Origin: Lama glama
Taxonomy: Eukaryota
Direction: 5' to 3'
Assembly: GCA_028534125.1 (NCBI GenBank)
Contig: CM052817.1
Coordinates: 85,748,001 to 85,812,000 of the forward strand
DNA: 64,000 nt
The notes beneath the pieces are model-generated. The model ran no database searches, was not told the DNA's origin, and saw only the letters and a list, made by a program, of their open reading frames with translations. How positions within the stretch are numbered: the first letter of the stretch is position 1; each line of letters starts with the position of its first letter. Shown one piece after another: positions 38,951 through 50,957 of this stretch. The position numbers were made by a program, and so were the translations under genes.

Positions 38951-41900
38951 TCTAAGTACTTAATTTGCACATATTTCTCTGGGAGGAACACTAGACTCAT
39001 TCTAGGGGAACCTGGCTTATAGTCTGGACTCTGTCACTAACTCTCTCAGTCCCTTTGGCCTACTATAACAAACTACCACAAACCTGGCAGCTCATTGAGA
39101 TGAGTTTATTAAATTAACACTTGTAGAATTTAATCTTCAGAATATCTTTGTCAGTTACAAAGAAAACAAAGAATTAAGGAATAGTAACCTGTGTAATAAA
39201 GTTGCATTTGTCTTGGAAAATCTTGTGATTTAGAACATCATTTTCAGAAACAAATATGAGCTTAAGTGAAAAGTAATTTCTCAGTGCATATGATTAACTG
39301 ACCAAATTTACTTGCACTGCAAAAACTATTTCTGATTCTCACCTAGTAATCAAGTGTGAATCATGAAATTTAACTTACTGCTCACTCGAGTCAGGCTGGT
39401 TAAACTATTTACATATATGCCTTCCTCATTATGAGTAAATATACTGCTATATAAAATGCCTACAGCATAAATGGTACATTACTTATTTTATATTTGCACT
39501 AGCAGGTATTCCCATGGTACCTGGGACACAGTTTGTTCTCAATTAATGTTTTATTTAATAAATAAGTAGGCGGTTATAGGATATATCTGATACTATTTGA
39601 ACTCACTGTGCTATAGAAAAACCTTTTGGTCTCTGTTTTCATAAGAAATTATTTAAATTTTGTTTTTATTTTAATTAGTTTGCATTTGTAACTTAATCAG
39701 TTATTATCCAAAAATAGTTCCTTAGAAACCAAAAGCTTGTCAGAAAAGGACAGACTTCAGGCAGTAGGAAGAAAAGAGACTAAGAGACTTGCTTCTGCAC
39801 TTTCTCTCATCAAGCAGCTCTGTATCACTAACGGGACTGGTAAGTCCTCCTTATTGTTACAAATTAAATGTTAACTTACAACAGCACTTGTAAACCCCTG
39901 CACGCAATTCTTTTGATTCTTAACGGACAAAAAAAAGGAATATAGGAAGAAAAGTGAGTTAAACATTGGTAATTTGTTTAGCTCGTGGTGCAGGCTGTTC
40001 TCAGATCAAATTTTGTTTCCCAAAGGAAGGCATCAGTTTTAAATTACACAGCGAGCAGGCAAGAGAAAGGAAGCAAACAATCAAAACCTTCCCAGGAGGG
40101 GAAAGAATAAGGCAAGAGCTCCAGAGATCCCATTTAATAAATAAACACCTTCATTTCTGTAAGTTAATTTCACCACAGGAAATAAGTTTAGTTTTAATTA
40201 TATTGGCTTATGTCATGTTTTATAAAAGGTACATGAGGTTCATTGACTTTCTCTTATTAAAGCTTTGGCTGTTTCCAAAAAGGTTGCATGTAGATTAAGT
40301 CTCTGAGGAAACATAGCATGATGTACAATTATTTGAAGTGCGATATTTTCATCTTATCCTATGTTAGTGACAATGAGATAGATGAAAACAGCACGTTGTA
40401 TTTAATTTTCATTAAAAATGGTTTTGCTTTTAGAGTTATATATAAAAGACTCGGTAATATAGGCTAGTTGTATCACTAGCACAAATTAAAAAGCAGGCTA
40501 CCTTTTGTCAAGTCTGAGAAAATATATATTTAGTAAGTTCTTGTTTAATTTTTGTGATGTAGACTCCTAGTCATCATACACATAAGTAGTTGTAATTCAA
40601 ATTTAACATTACCAGAAAGTGAAGGTTTTCATGTTTTTGCACAGTTAGGGCTTTCTGAGCCAAGAAACTGGAAGCTGGATTAAAGTACAAGTCTCAGATA
40701 GTGAGAGACCTCCAGAGAGATTTAGATGCTTATCTTAAAATTTGTTTACCTTTCAAAGTGGAATGAAACCTGGAGCCAGGAGCAGGCTGTTTACATTCCA
40801 AAGGATTAGAGCATATTAGGGAGCAAGTGTTTCCCCTCAGCACTCAGAAGGGAAGGGGGCAGGTGTAGTTTATAAATTCCGAAGTTCATAAATTTTTGGT
40901 CCCTCTCCTGTGGTGCATAAAACCTCTTCTGCACGTACGGCATCCATCTGGCTCTTATGACATCTTCCTGAATGAGAAAGGGTGCGGGGATGGAGTGTGG
41001 GGACCTGATACAGTTATCGCTGTGCAAATTAATGGTAATCTGTATTTGATCTGGAAACTTGGGTTTGCTTTCAGAATAATATAATGTAGATACTAAGACT
41101 TATCAAACATTCAGAACCGTGGTTTTAAAAAACATTATATGAGCAATTTTGCAAGTAAAAGAGATTTATCTGAGCCTCTAGCAAAACTTTCTACTCTATA
41201 GCCTATGAGAAGTTTGATGTTCTTTTTCTGTTTGTTTTCAGGGATAAACCATAGAAAGGCTCAGGAAAATGTCCAGAATCAAACCCAGAAATTCAGAACT
41301 CACTTCCTTTTTAGTTATTCTATGATGTATCTAGTTTATTTTAGCTCAATGACTGAAGAGGCACACAGTGAATAAAGGAAAAAAAACATAGTAGATAAAG
41401 TTGGCTATAGTGGATATAGGGCAAAATATAAAAATAAATAAACAAGAGGAAGTCTATGTGTGTCTTTTGGTTAGTGGAAAACAGTATTCTGTATGTGAGA
41501 GATTTCACCGATCTGAGAACTCTGAAAGTTCCTGGGGAGGAGACAAATATCAAACATTTATCCCCAAACTCACATTTATGAAAATCTTGGTGTATTAATA
41601 CTTCCTGAGATGAAATCAGTACAGGGTAGGTTGGGTCTGGGTTTGGGTCTGTGAGAGAGAAGACAGTTAGCTTTGTCCTCCAAACCACCATTCATGAGTT
41701 AGGCTGGCATTCTAGGAGTGACCTGTGTGTATGGCATATAATGTGGTAACTGCAATGCCTGGCACTTACTACACGTTGAATACATAACTGCCCTTCTTTT
41801 CATTACTGCTACTCCTTAGTTGTGTTTTGTGTTAATGCAGTAAGTCTGTGTTGAATGTTTACTGTAATTGTCTTCCTAGCTAATATAAGCGGGATAAACC

Positions 41901-42419
41901 AATGATAATCATTCCCTCATAGCGCTGTCTAGGACATAAGAACATAGGGCAAAAACCAGTAAGATGCTCCCTTTTGTATAACACAACTTGAAGAGGCACA
42001 CACTAGGAGAGCTGATTTTATTTAGATGACGTTAAAACAAACTGTGCTGCTAAAGATAGTCTTATGCTCATTATGTTAAAATGTTGCTCCAAAACCCACC
42101 CTTGCTCCTGTAGGTGTGTCTGGGGGGATAAATATGGGGCTGTGAATGGTGGCGCCGTTGTGACCATGATCGCCATAAGGTACACAAGGGGGAACGCGTG
42201 AGCAGGGTGGACCCCAGTAGTCCTGGTGAAGGAGCAACAGTTATATTTTCCATTAGGTCTTTACATCAGGTATTTAGGCTACTTATTCATTTAAATGACT
42301 GTTATTAAATATATTCAATTAAATGGAACTTCATGGGAGGACTAGGATGACTTGAAATAGAGTATATGTGAGCACTGAATTAAACCAATGGAGGGACTTT
42401 CAAAAATTAGACCTAATCA

Positions 42420-43385
42420 AAAAACTTTTCTAAATTAAAGAAAAACTTACGTTCTTCAAAAGAATTGTTAAGAAAATGAAAAGACAACCCATAGAGATAA
42501 AATTTCAAGTCATAATTCTGAGAAAGAATTCTCAAAAGTTAATAAGAAATCCAAAAAAAACAATTAAAAAATAAGTGGAACAGAAATGTTACCACAAAAT
42601 ATATAAATAGCAAATACACATGAAAAGCTGTTCAAAACCACGAGTCTTTAGGGATATACAGAATACAGATGAAAACCATGAGAAAACCCTACATGCTACT
42701 CAAACTAAAATAAAAAAGACTGATCATACCATGTGTTGGTGACTGTCTGGAATAAATGGAACCCTCATACACTGCAGAGAGGAATATAAAATGTTATAGC
42801 CACTTTGGAAAATAGTTTGTCAGTCTCTTCATACATTGAAGATACACCACTAATCATTCCACTCTTAGATATTAACCCGAGAAAAAAAAAATTACATGGC
42901 CATACAAAGACTCTTATCCTGATCTTTGTAACTGATATTATCTAATAGCTTCAAACTGGAAACAGCCCAGCTGTCTATCAATAGGTAAGTGGTGAAAGAA
43001 ATATTGACATATCTCTGTACAATGGAACAGTACTTAGCAATAAGAGAAAAACTCTTGATACATGCAACAACATTGGTTAATATCTAAGAATTATGTTGAG
43101 AAATAGAAGCCTAACAGCTCCTCCAAAAAAAGTCCATGTTAAATGATTCCATTTATATAAAATTCTAAAAAAATGCAAACAAACCTATAGTTTAAAACTA
43201 CTGGACCAATACTTTTCTGAGGTTGGAAGAGCAGAACATCAGGAGGTGGGATTAAAGAGGACTCTAAAGGAACATTTGAGGGTGATAGATTTGTTCACTA
43301 ATTAGGTATTTTTTACATATGTAAAGACTTGACTTGTATGAGGCAAGTATATGCAGTTTATTGTATCTTTTTAAAAAATAAAAGC
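42420..43385 (+). mobile_element. Old LINE-1 3' fragment (L1MC/MD-like)
   Basis: gttaagaaaatgaaaagacaaccc...ggaaccctcatacactgc...ccactttggaaaatagtttg...atgattccatttatataaaattcta. Confidence 0.85.
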
Positions 43386-44879
43386 AAACAATAATCTGAC
43401 AGAAAAAAGATGTGCAAGTTTGCATGGGATTCTCATTCTTCAGTTGTTTTGATAAAGCAAGAGTTTCCCATTCAGACATTACATTCATTCTAATAATGCA
43501 TAAATATGTGGGTGACGTGATGACCATACATTATATTCATTTATAAATTCATGTTTTAAGCCACATTTTCACTTTGAAATCTTCTACAGTAGCATCACTA
43601 TATCCTGTCAACTTAACACAATGCCCTTCAGATTTTCATTTGCGGGTTTAGGTATCAGTGTGCATTAAGCACCCCTATCAGATAATCCCAATGATGCTTC
43701 TTCAGGCTTTTTTACCAGCACCAATGCACAGGACCTCAGGTTTCCTCTGGAGGTTGTGCCAAAAGGCCTCAGCTACCCAGGGACTCAGATTCATAATCCT
43801 TTTTCATCTCACACTATTTGGATTAACATTAGTTCTGAAGAGACTGAAGATTCCACTTTTTGGTCATCATCAGGCTTTTAATTCATCAGGACTAGGGTGA
43901 ATGAGCAAATATATGGTTTCTTTTCATCTGAGGAATTGTTAGAGCAGCCTGACCACCTAATTACATACAATGATCCATAATCACCTTAGTTTCCACTTCA
44001 ATTATCTCCTCTTCTTTTGTATTACTTTTAACTAACCACCTAAGCACTTACATTTTGTTTGACCATCCTGCCTCTTCATCATCCTTTTTCAAAAATTATT
44101 TCCTTTTTTTTTCTGAATAATTCATATCATCTTTCTGTCATGCCCATCATGTGGAGTTTAGCTAGTAGATTTGTGATCGTTTTTCTCCTTTGGTCTGGTT
44201 TTTTAATCACAATATAAAATAAGACTTTCAAAGACGCAGAGCTCCACTTATTATGGCATCAATCACAGTATCAGTTAAAGGGATAAAATTAGGAGACACC
44301 CTGACATAGCTTATACCCAATCCAAAGCAGCTTGCCTTCTTAAAATTTAGCTGACTCAGTAATGTTCTCTTTAATATATGAGGATGGCTTGGGCAATTCG
44401 TCTTCTCAAGGTAATCTTTACATAACTCTCACCTTTAACCAGCTCATCAGCTTGGAATCTGTCCCCTCACTTATATTTCTCCCAGGCTATGATTAACTGG
44501 GCATGCTGAATAAGATCAAACCTACATTTAGACTACGATGTCTTGAGCCAGAGAGACAACTCTGGTCATCAGTACAGAACATACACCTCAGCAAAAGGTC
44601 TCCAATTCTCAGTTGACTTCCCTTCTGTATAAATTACTCTTTTCATTGATTTAGCAATAATCCCAAATTTTGAGCCTACCAACTCTAAGTTCCATTGATA
44701 AGCTTTTCCAACTGTCAATGATACTAGCATTTGCTCAACTTCAAACCATGGATGGCTTGGCAGTTATCTGGGCTTCACAGGTTCCTCTTCCTCCTGTTCC
44801 TTCTGTAGAGGAGGAAAAACAGATGTCCTTCTAAGGTCTTAGCAGAGCCTCTAACAAAAGCAGATTAAAGAGAAACCAA

Positions 44880-45900
44880 TTTTGTACAACTTCTTTCAGA
44901 AAATAGAAAACACTTTCCCATGTGTTCTGTGAGGCCAACAAAAGTATGACACTAAAATCTGGCAAGGATACATCAAGAACAAAAAATGAAATCAGGTTTG
45001 TGGTTACCAGAGGCAGAGGGTAGGGGCAGAGAGAACTGGATAAAGCTGGTTAAAATGTACAAACTTCCAGATATAAGATAAAAAAGTTCTAGGGATATAA
45101 TGTACAACATGATTAATATAATTAACACTGCTGCATGTTATATATGAAAGTTGTTAAGACAGTGAATCCTAAGAGTTCTCATCACAAGAAAAATATATTT
45201 TTTCTTTTTCTTTTATTCTATATATGAGATGACGGATGTTCACTAAACTTACTGTAGTCATCATTTCATGATGTAAATCAAATTATAATGCTGTACACCT
45301 TAAACTTATACAATGCTATATATTGGTTATATCTCAATAAAACTGGAGGAAAAATACACAAATTCATACAGAAATACATCAAATGTAAAAAAAGAAAATG
45401 AAAGACCAATATGGCTCATACTGAAGACTTGAACACAGTATTAGCTTTTGAATCCAATAATATATAAAATAGATTTTAAGGTTGGTTTAACATTCAAAAA
45501 ATTAATTTATACTCCAGTCTAGCCAGAAAGAAAGAAAAAAAAGCATACAGAGAAAGTATGAAGTTCCAAGTCCATTTATTAGAAAAACCTTCAGCAAAGT
45601 GTAAACAGAAGGAAAATTCCTTTACTTGATGAAGGATATTTCCAATAACCCTGAAACCTACATTAGACTAAATAGTAAACATTTTCCCCTTAATTTGGGT
45701 ACAGGAAAAGAGCATTTACTACTGCCTTTTATTCAGTGGTATTTTTAAAATAGTAAAAAAGAATACTACATGTCACTGTGCAACAGTATGGATTATACAT
45801 TTAAACCCAGTATTGTGTAAAGGAAACTGAACACAGAAGAATACATACATTCCCTGATATAAAGACTCCAGAACTGCGGTGTTTGAAGTATGGGAAAGAA
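44880..45900 (+). mobile_element. Old LINE-1 ORF2/3' fragments, interrupted by a younger L1 3' end
   Basis: ttctttcagaaaatagaaaacactttccca...tgaggccaac resumes after the insert as gaaaatgaaagaccaatatggctcat...ggttggtttaacattcaaaaa. Confidence 0.7.
44992..45390 (+). mobile_element. Nested LINE-1 3'-UTR fragment
   Basis: gtggttaccagaggcagagggtagggg...aagagttctcatcacaagaaaa...tatatctcaataaaactgg. Flanked by aaaaatgaaa / gaaaatgaaa. Confidence 0.85.
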
Positions 45901-45949
45901 AGTATGGAGGGTGATTGGGAGGAAAAATCAAAGAAGTTTGTTGGTTGCT

Positions 45950-46440
45950 GAGGAGATTTACTCATACACTGAACCATATCTCTTTCTTTGCTTTCATCTC
46001 TGTATTTTTTTAATGAAATTTTATTCATTTCTTTCATTTCAACTAGCATTCTTATACAGTGATTATCAAATTTAAATTCAGAGACCCATACCATCCAGAG
46101 GAGTAAATCAACAATACAAAAGGCCTTGATCTTTATTCTTTAATCTTTATTTCAGGTTATTGCATTTACCTAATCCCCAGCTCCATCACATGAAAGTATT
46201 CCAGCTTTTCAAGGTCAATCTCAAATACCTTCCAGGTAAGAGTTCTCTGTGAAATTTTCCTCTATGATCTTTTATTATGCTTAGTTTGTAACCCTTTCTT
46301 GGTATGTCCCGATTAGCTGTTTATCTGTCTTATTAAAAATGAGTTGCAAAAATGCCTTGAAATATACTAATCTTTTATCCACCAAAGTACTGAAATCAAT
46401 GCTTTAATCAAAATTAATGCAAAAAAGTACTTACCAAATT
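45950..46440 (+). mobile_element. L2 fragment
   Basis: cagcttttcaaggtcaatctcaaatacc, followed by an L2-like tail. Confidence 0.45.
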
Positions 46441-47729
46441 GCACTTATATTGTAGCTATGGTCATGAGCCACCAACCTTCAACTTTGGTAAAAATATTTA
46501 TGTGTACATTGCTCTTGGTAATATTTACTATGGAAGGGGAGTTTCAGGTGTGGGAGCGATCAAGCTTCCAGGAGAAGTTCTGAGGGAAATCATGAGCCCC
46601 ACCTGAACAGAGACCATCCAGTACAGCACTAGCTCACAAGGAGTACAAATCACCGAAGCTGTCATCTCTCATGCATTGATCATCCATTTTGAATAATGCT
46701 GGATTGGGTCCCAAGACTCTGTCCAGTCCCAGTTCAGTCTAAATTTGATCTAACTTGAATGAAACCTTGCAATTCTGATAGCTCAGGACACTTACATTTA
46801 GATGTCAGGATGGAGAGTCAGAGATGATGGTATGGAGGGTACACTGTTGGAAAAAAGGCAGATCCCACCGGTAAAGAAAAATTAAACTAGGCAATTTATA
46901 ATCTGGTACTTAGGAAGGCAGTTTAACACCCTGCTTCTATTAAACAGCCTGGTTCTAGTTTTCCCCTTTAAATGAGGATTATTTAGCGCTTTTAGGAAGC
47001 AAGGCGAGTTCATGTACTTTCATAATTGATATATTTTCTTCCTATTTCTCTACTAGTATCTAAATCAATGTTTTTTTCTTACCTGCATCATATAGATGGA
47101 AAATATCTTAATAATCTTCCTGGTCTATAGTTATTCAAAATATAAAGAAGAGGAAACAGCCTTGCCTACTCGGTCATGTGCATTATTTACTATATAGAGT
47201 TTGAGTTTATTTTCATATTTATTGGGATATAAAGGGCCACTTATCATTGAGTTTCATTTAGAGCTCCCCTCCAGTCAAGCAAGAATGATGCAAATTATTC
47301 TACAGTTCTTGCCTCCACTTCTAGGAACTTTTTCTCTGAGCTTTCATTTCATTAATTCCTAAACATTTGTCTGATCTTAGATCAGAATTGTCAGTTCCAC
47401 AGAGGGATTTTTTTCTAAAATGTGTTACAAATCTATATCTAGGTCAGCTACTCATGTTTTTCTCTCAGATTTTCATGTTTCTCATCTTTCCAAGTCTTAA
47501 TTGCTGTGTGTAACTATAAATTTATGCAATGTGTGCCTATTATCCATTTCCTCCTCTAGACATCAGCACATACTTCAAGGGTATATGGATGATAATAAGT
47601 CTTATTTAAAAAAAAAATCTCCTGGATGTTTTCTTTATATTTTGAAAACAATAACATATATCTATAGTATATAACATTCTATGTATTGCTCTAAGAAAAC
47701 CCCAGATATGTTAATAGCTGTATTTGTGT

Positions 47730-48100
47730 CCTTAACAAAGCCCTGACTCAGAAGCCCTTTACCTGCTCTGGTTCAGTGACCATTACCTCCTATTCCCACC
47801 ATCTACTGTGATGGGACAATACCTTACACCTTGTCACCACTCCAGTTTGTACTGTTTTCTTCATCTTGAAACCTGAAACCTCAACCAACTTCCTGCAATT
47901 CCTTTAAACCTACTCTTTAGTCTCATTGGAAATTCCCTTCAAGTTCTTTGTCTCACCTCAGTTCTCTGACTGAAAACATCACCCATCAAAATGACTTCAT
48001 GCAATTTTCTCTCCAAGATAACATTGTCAGCCAGTTGAAGAACGTATTCTCTATTATCTTCAAATGCATGAGAGTGGACGTTGAGAAATTTTTAGAGAAA
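47730..48100 (+). mobile_element. L2 fragment
   Basis: acaataccttacaccttgtcaccact...tgaaattccctt; C-rich decayed L2 ORF-like sequence. Confidence 0.4.
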
Positions 48101-48719
48101 GTGTATTGACACGTATCAGTAAATTTCATGTTGTCTATCTTCAAATGTAATCTCCGTTTCTTTTTAATCATTCAATTTTGGCTTGCTCTAGCCCCTCTTT
48201 TCTCGTGCAAGCTCTGTCTAAACATGGTTACATTCACTATGTCCTTAACTCTATTTCTGGTCTTCTCATTCAATAGCAGCCTAATTTTCAACCATTCTGA
48301 GAAATTGAGAAAACAGTCCTCAATTTGCTTCCCTTATAACTTCTCTTTTAATTCCTTTCATACATATGTGTTGTATTTAGTATAAATATTATTAGCATAT
48401 GATGTGCAACATATAATTTATATATTATAGTTTAACATATTATGTCTGTGCATATATAAAACTTACAACTGTGTTACTGTATTCCCCTTTTCTGGCTAAT
48501 TCTACACTATATGTCTGTATTTTCTGTTAACGCTTTCCTTATTCATATCTTTTAGAGCCAGTTGTGAAAAATTATCTTTTCTCCAGTGTACACATCTTTT
48601 TTTCTTCACTTTAAAATAAAAACAAACTAATAAGACACCTCCCTTTGAATATGAAAATCTCTTTCACTTCTTTACTCTCACTTTCTGTCCCTGCCTTTTA
48701 TACCCCAAGTGTTCCTCTC

Positions 48720-48915
48720 AAAAATCATAGAGGCATTTTGATAACTGAACTGGAAAACCCTTGAAGCTAATCTTCTTTAATTTTTTTTTCTTGCATATGA
48801 GAAATAAAGATCCTAAAAGTTAAGAGATTTTCTCAATATCACATGACTAGTTATGATCACAACTGAGAACAGACCTAGATTTTCAAAATAAAAAATTCAG
48901 TTTCCTTTCTTCCAT
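48720..48915 (-). mobile_element. MIR SINE
   Basis: gcatatgagaaataaagatcctaaaagttaagagattttctcaatatcacatgactagtt. Confidence 0.65.
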
Positions 48916-49315
48916 CAAGCAATTTCTTCTCCACCCACCCTTTTATCTCTTGAAGTTCAGTTTTTTGCACTTATCCTGCTCGACATAGACTAAAATATTT
49001 TACTCCTACTTCTTTTCTTCCAAACATTCCCTGCTTTTTGTTACTATTGCAACTTAATAGTCCCTGACCTCATGAAATCTCACCTGTGCAATTACCCAAA
49101 GGCTATAAAAATAAGCTTCAAAGTGATATATCAGTTATGTATTTTTACTGACTTCCAAGGTCAAGCCATGCTATGCACTGTGGTGGATTTACTTTTGTAA
49201 AAGTGAGCTCTATTCAAAGTATGTCCTTAATTACTCTACTAAGTGAAAATACAGTTAAGTTTACTACATCCTCCGTCTATTGAGGACCTTATGACATGTC
49301 AAACTTAAGTGATCC

Positions 49316-49747
49316 TATTTGCAGCAACATGGATGCTCCTAGAGAATGTCATTCTAAGTGAAGTAAGCCAGAAAGAGAAAGAAAAATACCATATGAGATC
49401 ACTCATATGTGGAATCTAAAAAACAAAAACAAAAACAAAAAAACAAACAAAAACAAAGCATAAATACAGGACAGAAATAGGCTCATGGACAGAGAATACA
49501 GACTTGTGGTTACCAGGGGGGCAGAGGGTGGGAAGGGATAGACTGGGATTTCAAAATTGTAGAATAGATAAACAAGATTACACTGTAAGCACAGGGAAAT
49601 ATACACAAAATGTTATGATAAATCACAGAGAAAAAAATGTGACAATGAGTGTGTATATGTCCATGAATGACTGAAAAATTGTGCTGAACACTGGAATTTG
49701 ACACATTGTAAAATGATTATAAATCAATAAAAAATGTTAAAAAAAAA
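49316..49747 (+). mobile_element. Young 5'-truncated LINE-1 3' end (camelid-type) with perfect TSD
   Basis: Identical flanks caaacttaagtgatcc at 49300-49315 and 49748-49763. AATAAA plus A tail. 3'-UTR gactgaaaaattgtgctgaacactggaatttgacacattg. Confidence 0.97.
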
Positions 49748-50310
49748 CAAACTTAAGTGATCCCAAAGTTCTGCCACTGAGAAATAACTGAAGAGAAAGA
49801 GATGTCTTTGAATAGATAATAAAGAATCCTTACTGTATCATAGGATTAAAATTATTAGCATATTGCATTTGAGAGGAGATTTAGTGAACAAATAAACCTG
49901 TATTGTCTGCTCATCACCTGTAGGATTTGGTGAGAATTCCTCACTATGGTCTTCAGAAAACACCATAGTATGACTAAAGCCTTAATTTTCAAAGTTACTT
50001 TGAATTTTATATTAAGGATGTGTAAAAGTGAGAAAGATATACTCAGTTTTCTTTAAAAAGAAAAAAAGAGGGAGAGCAAGAGAGCCGTTTTTATATTATA
50101 ATCACAAAGTGCAGGAAAAGAAAAACTGGTTCAAATAAGCAAGTTGATACCACTTGAAAAACTTATTTCCTTAAACGGTGGAAAGTCCCGAGAGTTCTAA
50201 TATTCAGCAGATGGCCCAAAGAAGTAGTTGAAGAGCAGAGGCAGGAAGGATTACAGAGCTACAGTGATGGGATGAGAGAAGAGAATTGTTCCCTTCCCTT
50301 CCCTTCCCAC

Positions 50311-50957
50311 TGAGACAGGAGAGAAGGGGGCAGGGCATCGCCACTGAAAGAATGACACAGCAGTTAGCACCAAGGCAGTGGCTGATTCAGCTCCCTGTAG
50401 ACCTTGAGCTTCAATATGCGCTCATTGAAATACAATAGCTGCTAAATGGCCCTCCCACAGGCGCCAGGACAGTTTTATGGCTGACCACAAAAGGTCAAAG
50501 GGTGGGTGATGGCCTAATTCCTGGAATTCCATCTCCTTTCCCAAAGTAGTTGGAATAATTCGCCCACTTGTTAGCATGCAAAGTTAGCGAGCCCATGAAA
50601 CCCAGCAACACCTCACCTCTGGTCACTCTCCCTTCCGAGAGAAAGAGAGTGAGGGGCGGGAGGGAGGGAGAGAGAGACACAACACGCGAGCCCGCCTCTG
50701 TCTATGGAGTGTGTATCTACTTTTGCTTTAACCTGAGCTCCCAGTCCCCACACCTCGTGTCCTTTCTCTTGCCTTCTGAAACAGCCTGCACTCTATGCAG
50801 TATCTCTCTAAATAAATCTACCTTTACTCAATGGTGGCTTGCTCTTGAATTTGTTCTTGTGTGAAGCCAAGGACCCACACTTGGTGGGTGGGTCTCAGGG
50901 ACTCAGCAGAGACCTGGGACACGTCTGTCCTCTCACACCCCACATTTTCCTGCATCA
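50311..50957 (+). mobile_element. MER41-like ERV1 solo LTR
   Basis: TG...CA termini (tgagacagga...tgcatca), 4-bp near-TSD ccac/ccat, AATAAA at ~50811. Segment ttcctggaattccatctcctttccc...gaataattcgcccacttgttagcat aligns by eye to the MER41 U3. Confidence 0.85.
50518..50526. promoter_or_regulatory. GAS/STAT motif TTCCTGGAA in the MER41-like LTR
   Basis: Exact TTC-N3-GAA at the position homologous to the first MER41 GAS element. Function not shown. Confidence 0.5.

Noticed and set aside
14925..39845. Isolated plus-strand consensus donors GCG|GTAAGT (14928) and CTG|GTAAGT (39840)
   Set aside because: No convincing partner acceptor or frame, and such matches are expected by chance in 64 kb.
39966..41691. 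110-aa and 116-aa ORFs, the longest real ones
   Set aside because: The composition is that of random AT-rich DNA, with no recognisable homology.
42150..42167. tggcgccgttg resembling a retroviral primer-binding site
   Set aside because: Only 7 nt match tRNA-Lys and there is no upstream LTR.
43690..44880. Possible very old retroelement remnants and an LTR-like start at ~44804
   Set aside because: Could not assign a family by eye; needs an HMM search.
47370..47386. Inverted repeat tctgatct-t-agatcaga
   Set aside because: 8-bp arms are too short for a miRNA or structured-RNA call.
50203..50217. CTCF-like tcagcagatggccc
   Set aside because: Mismatches at informative positions.
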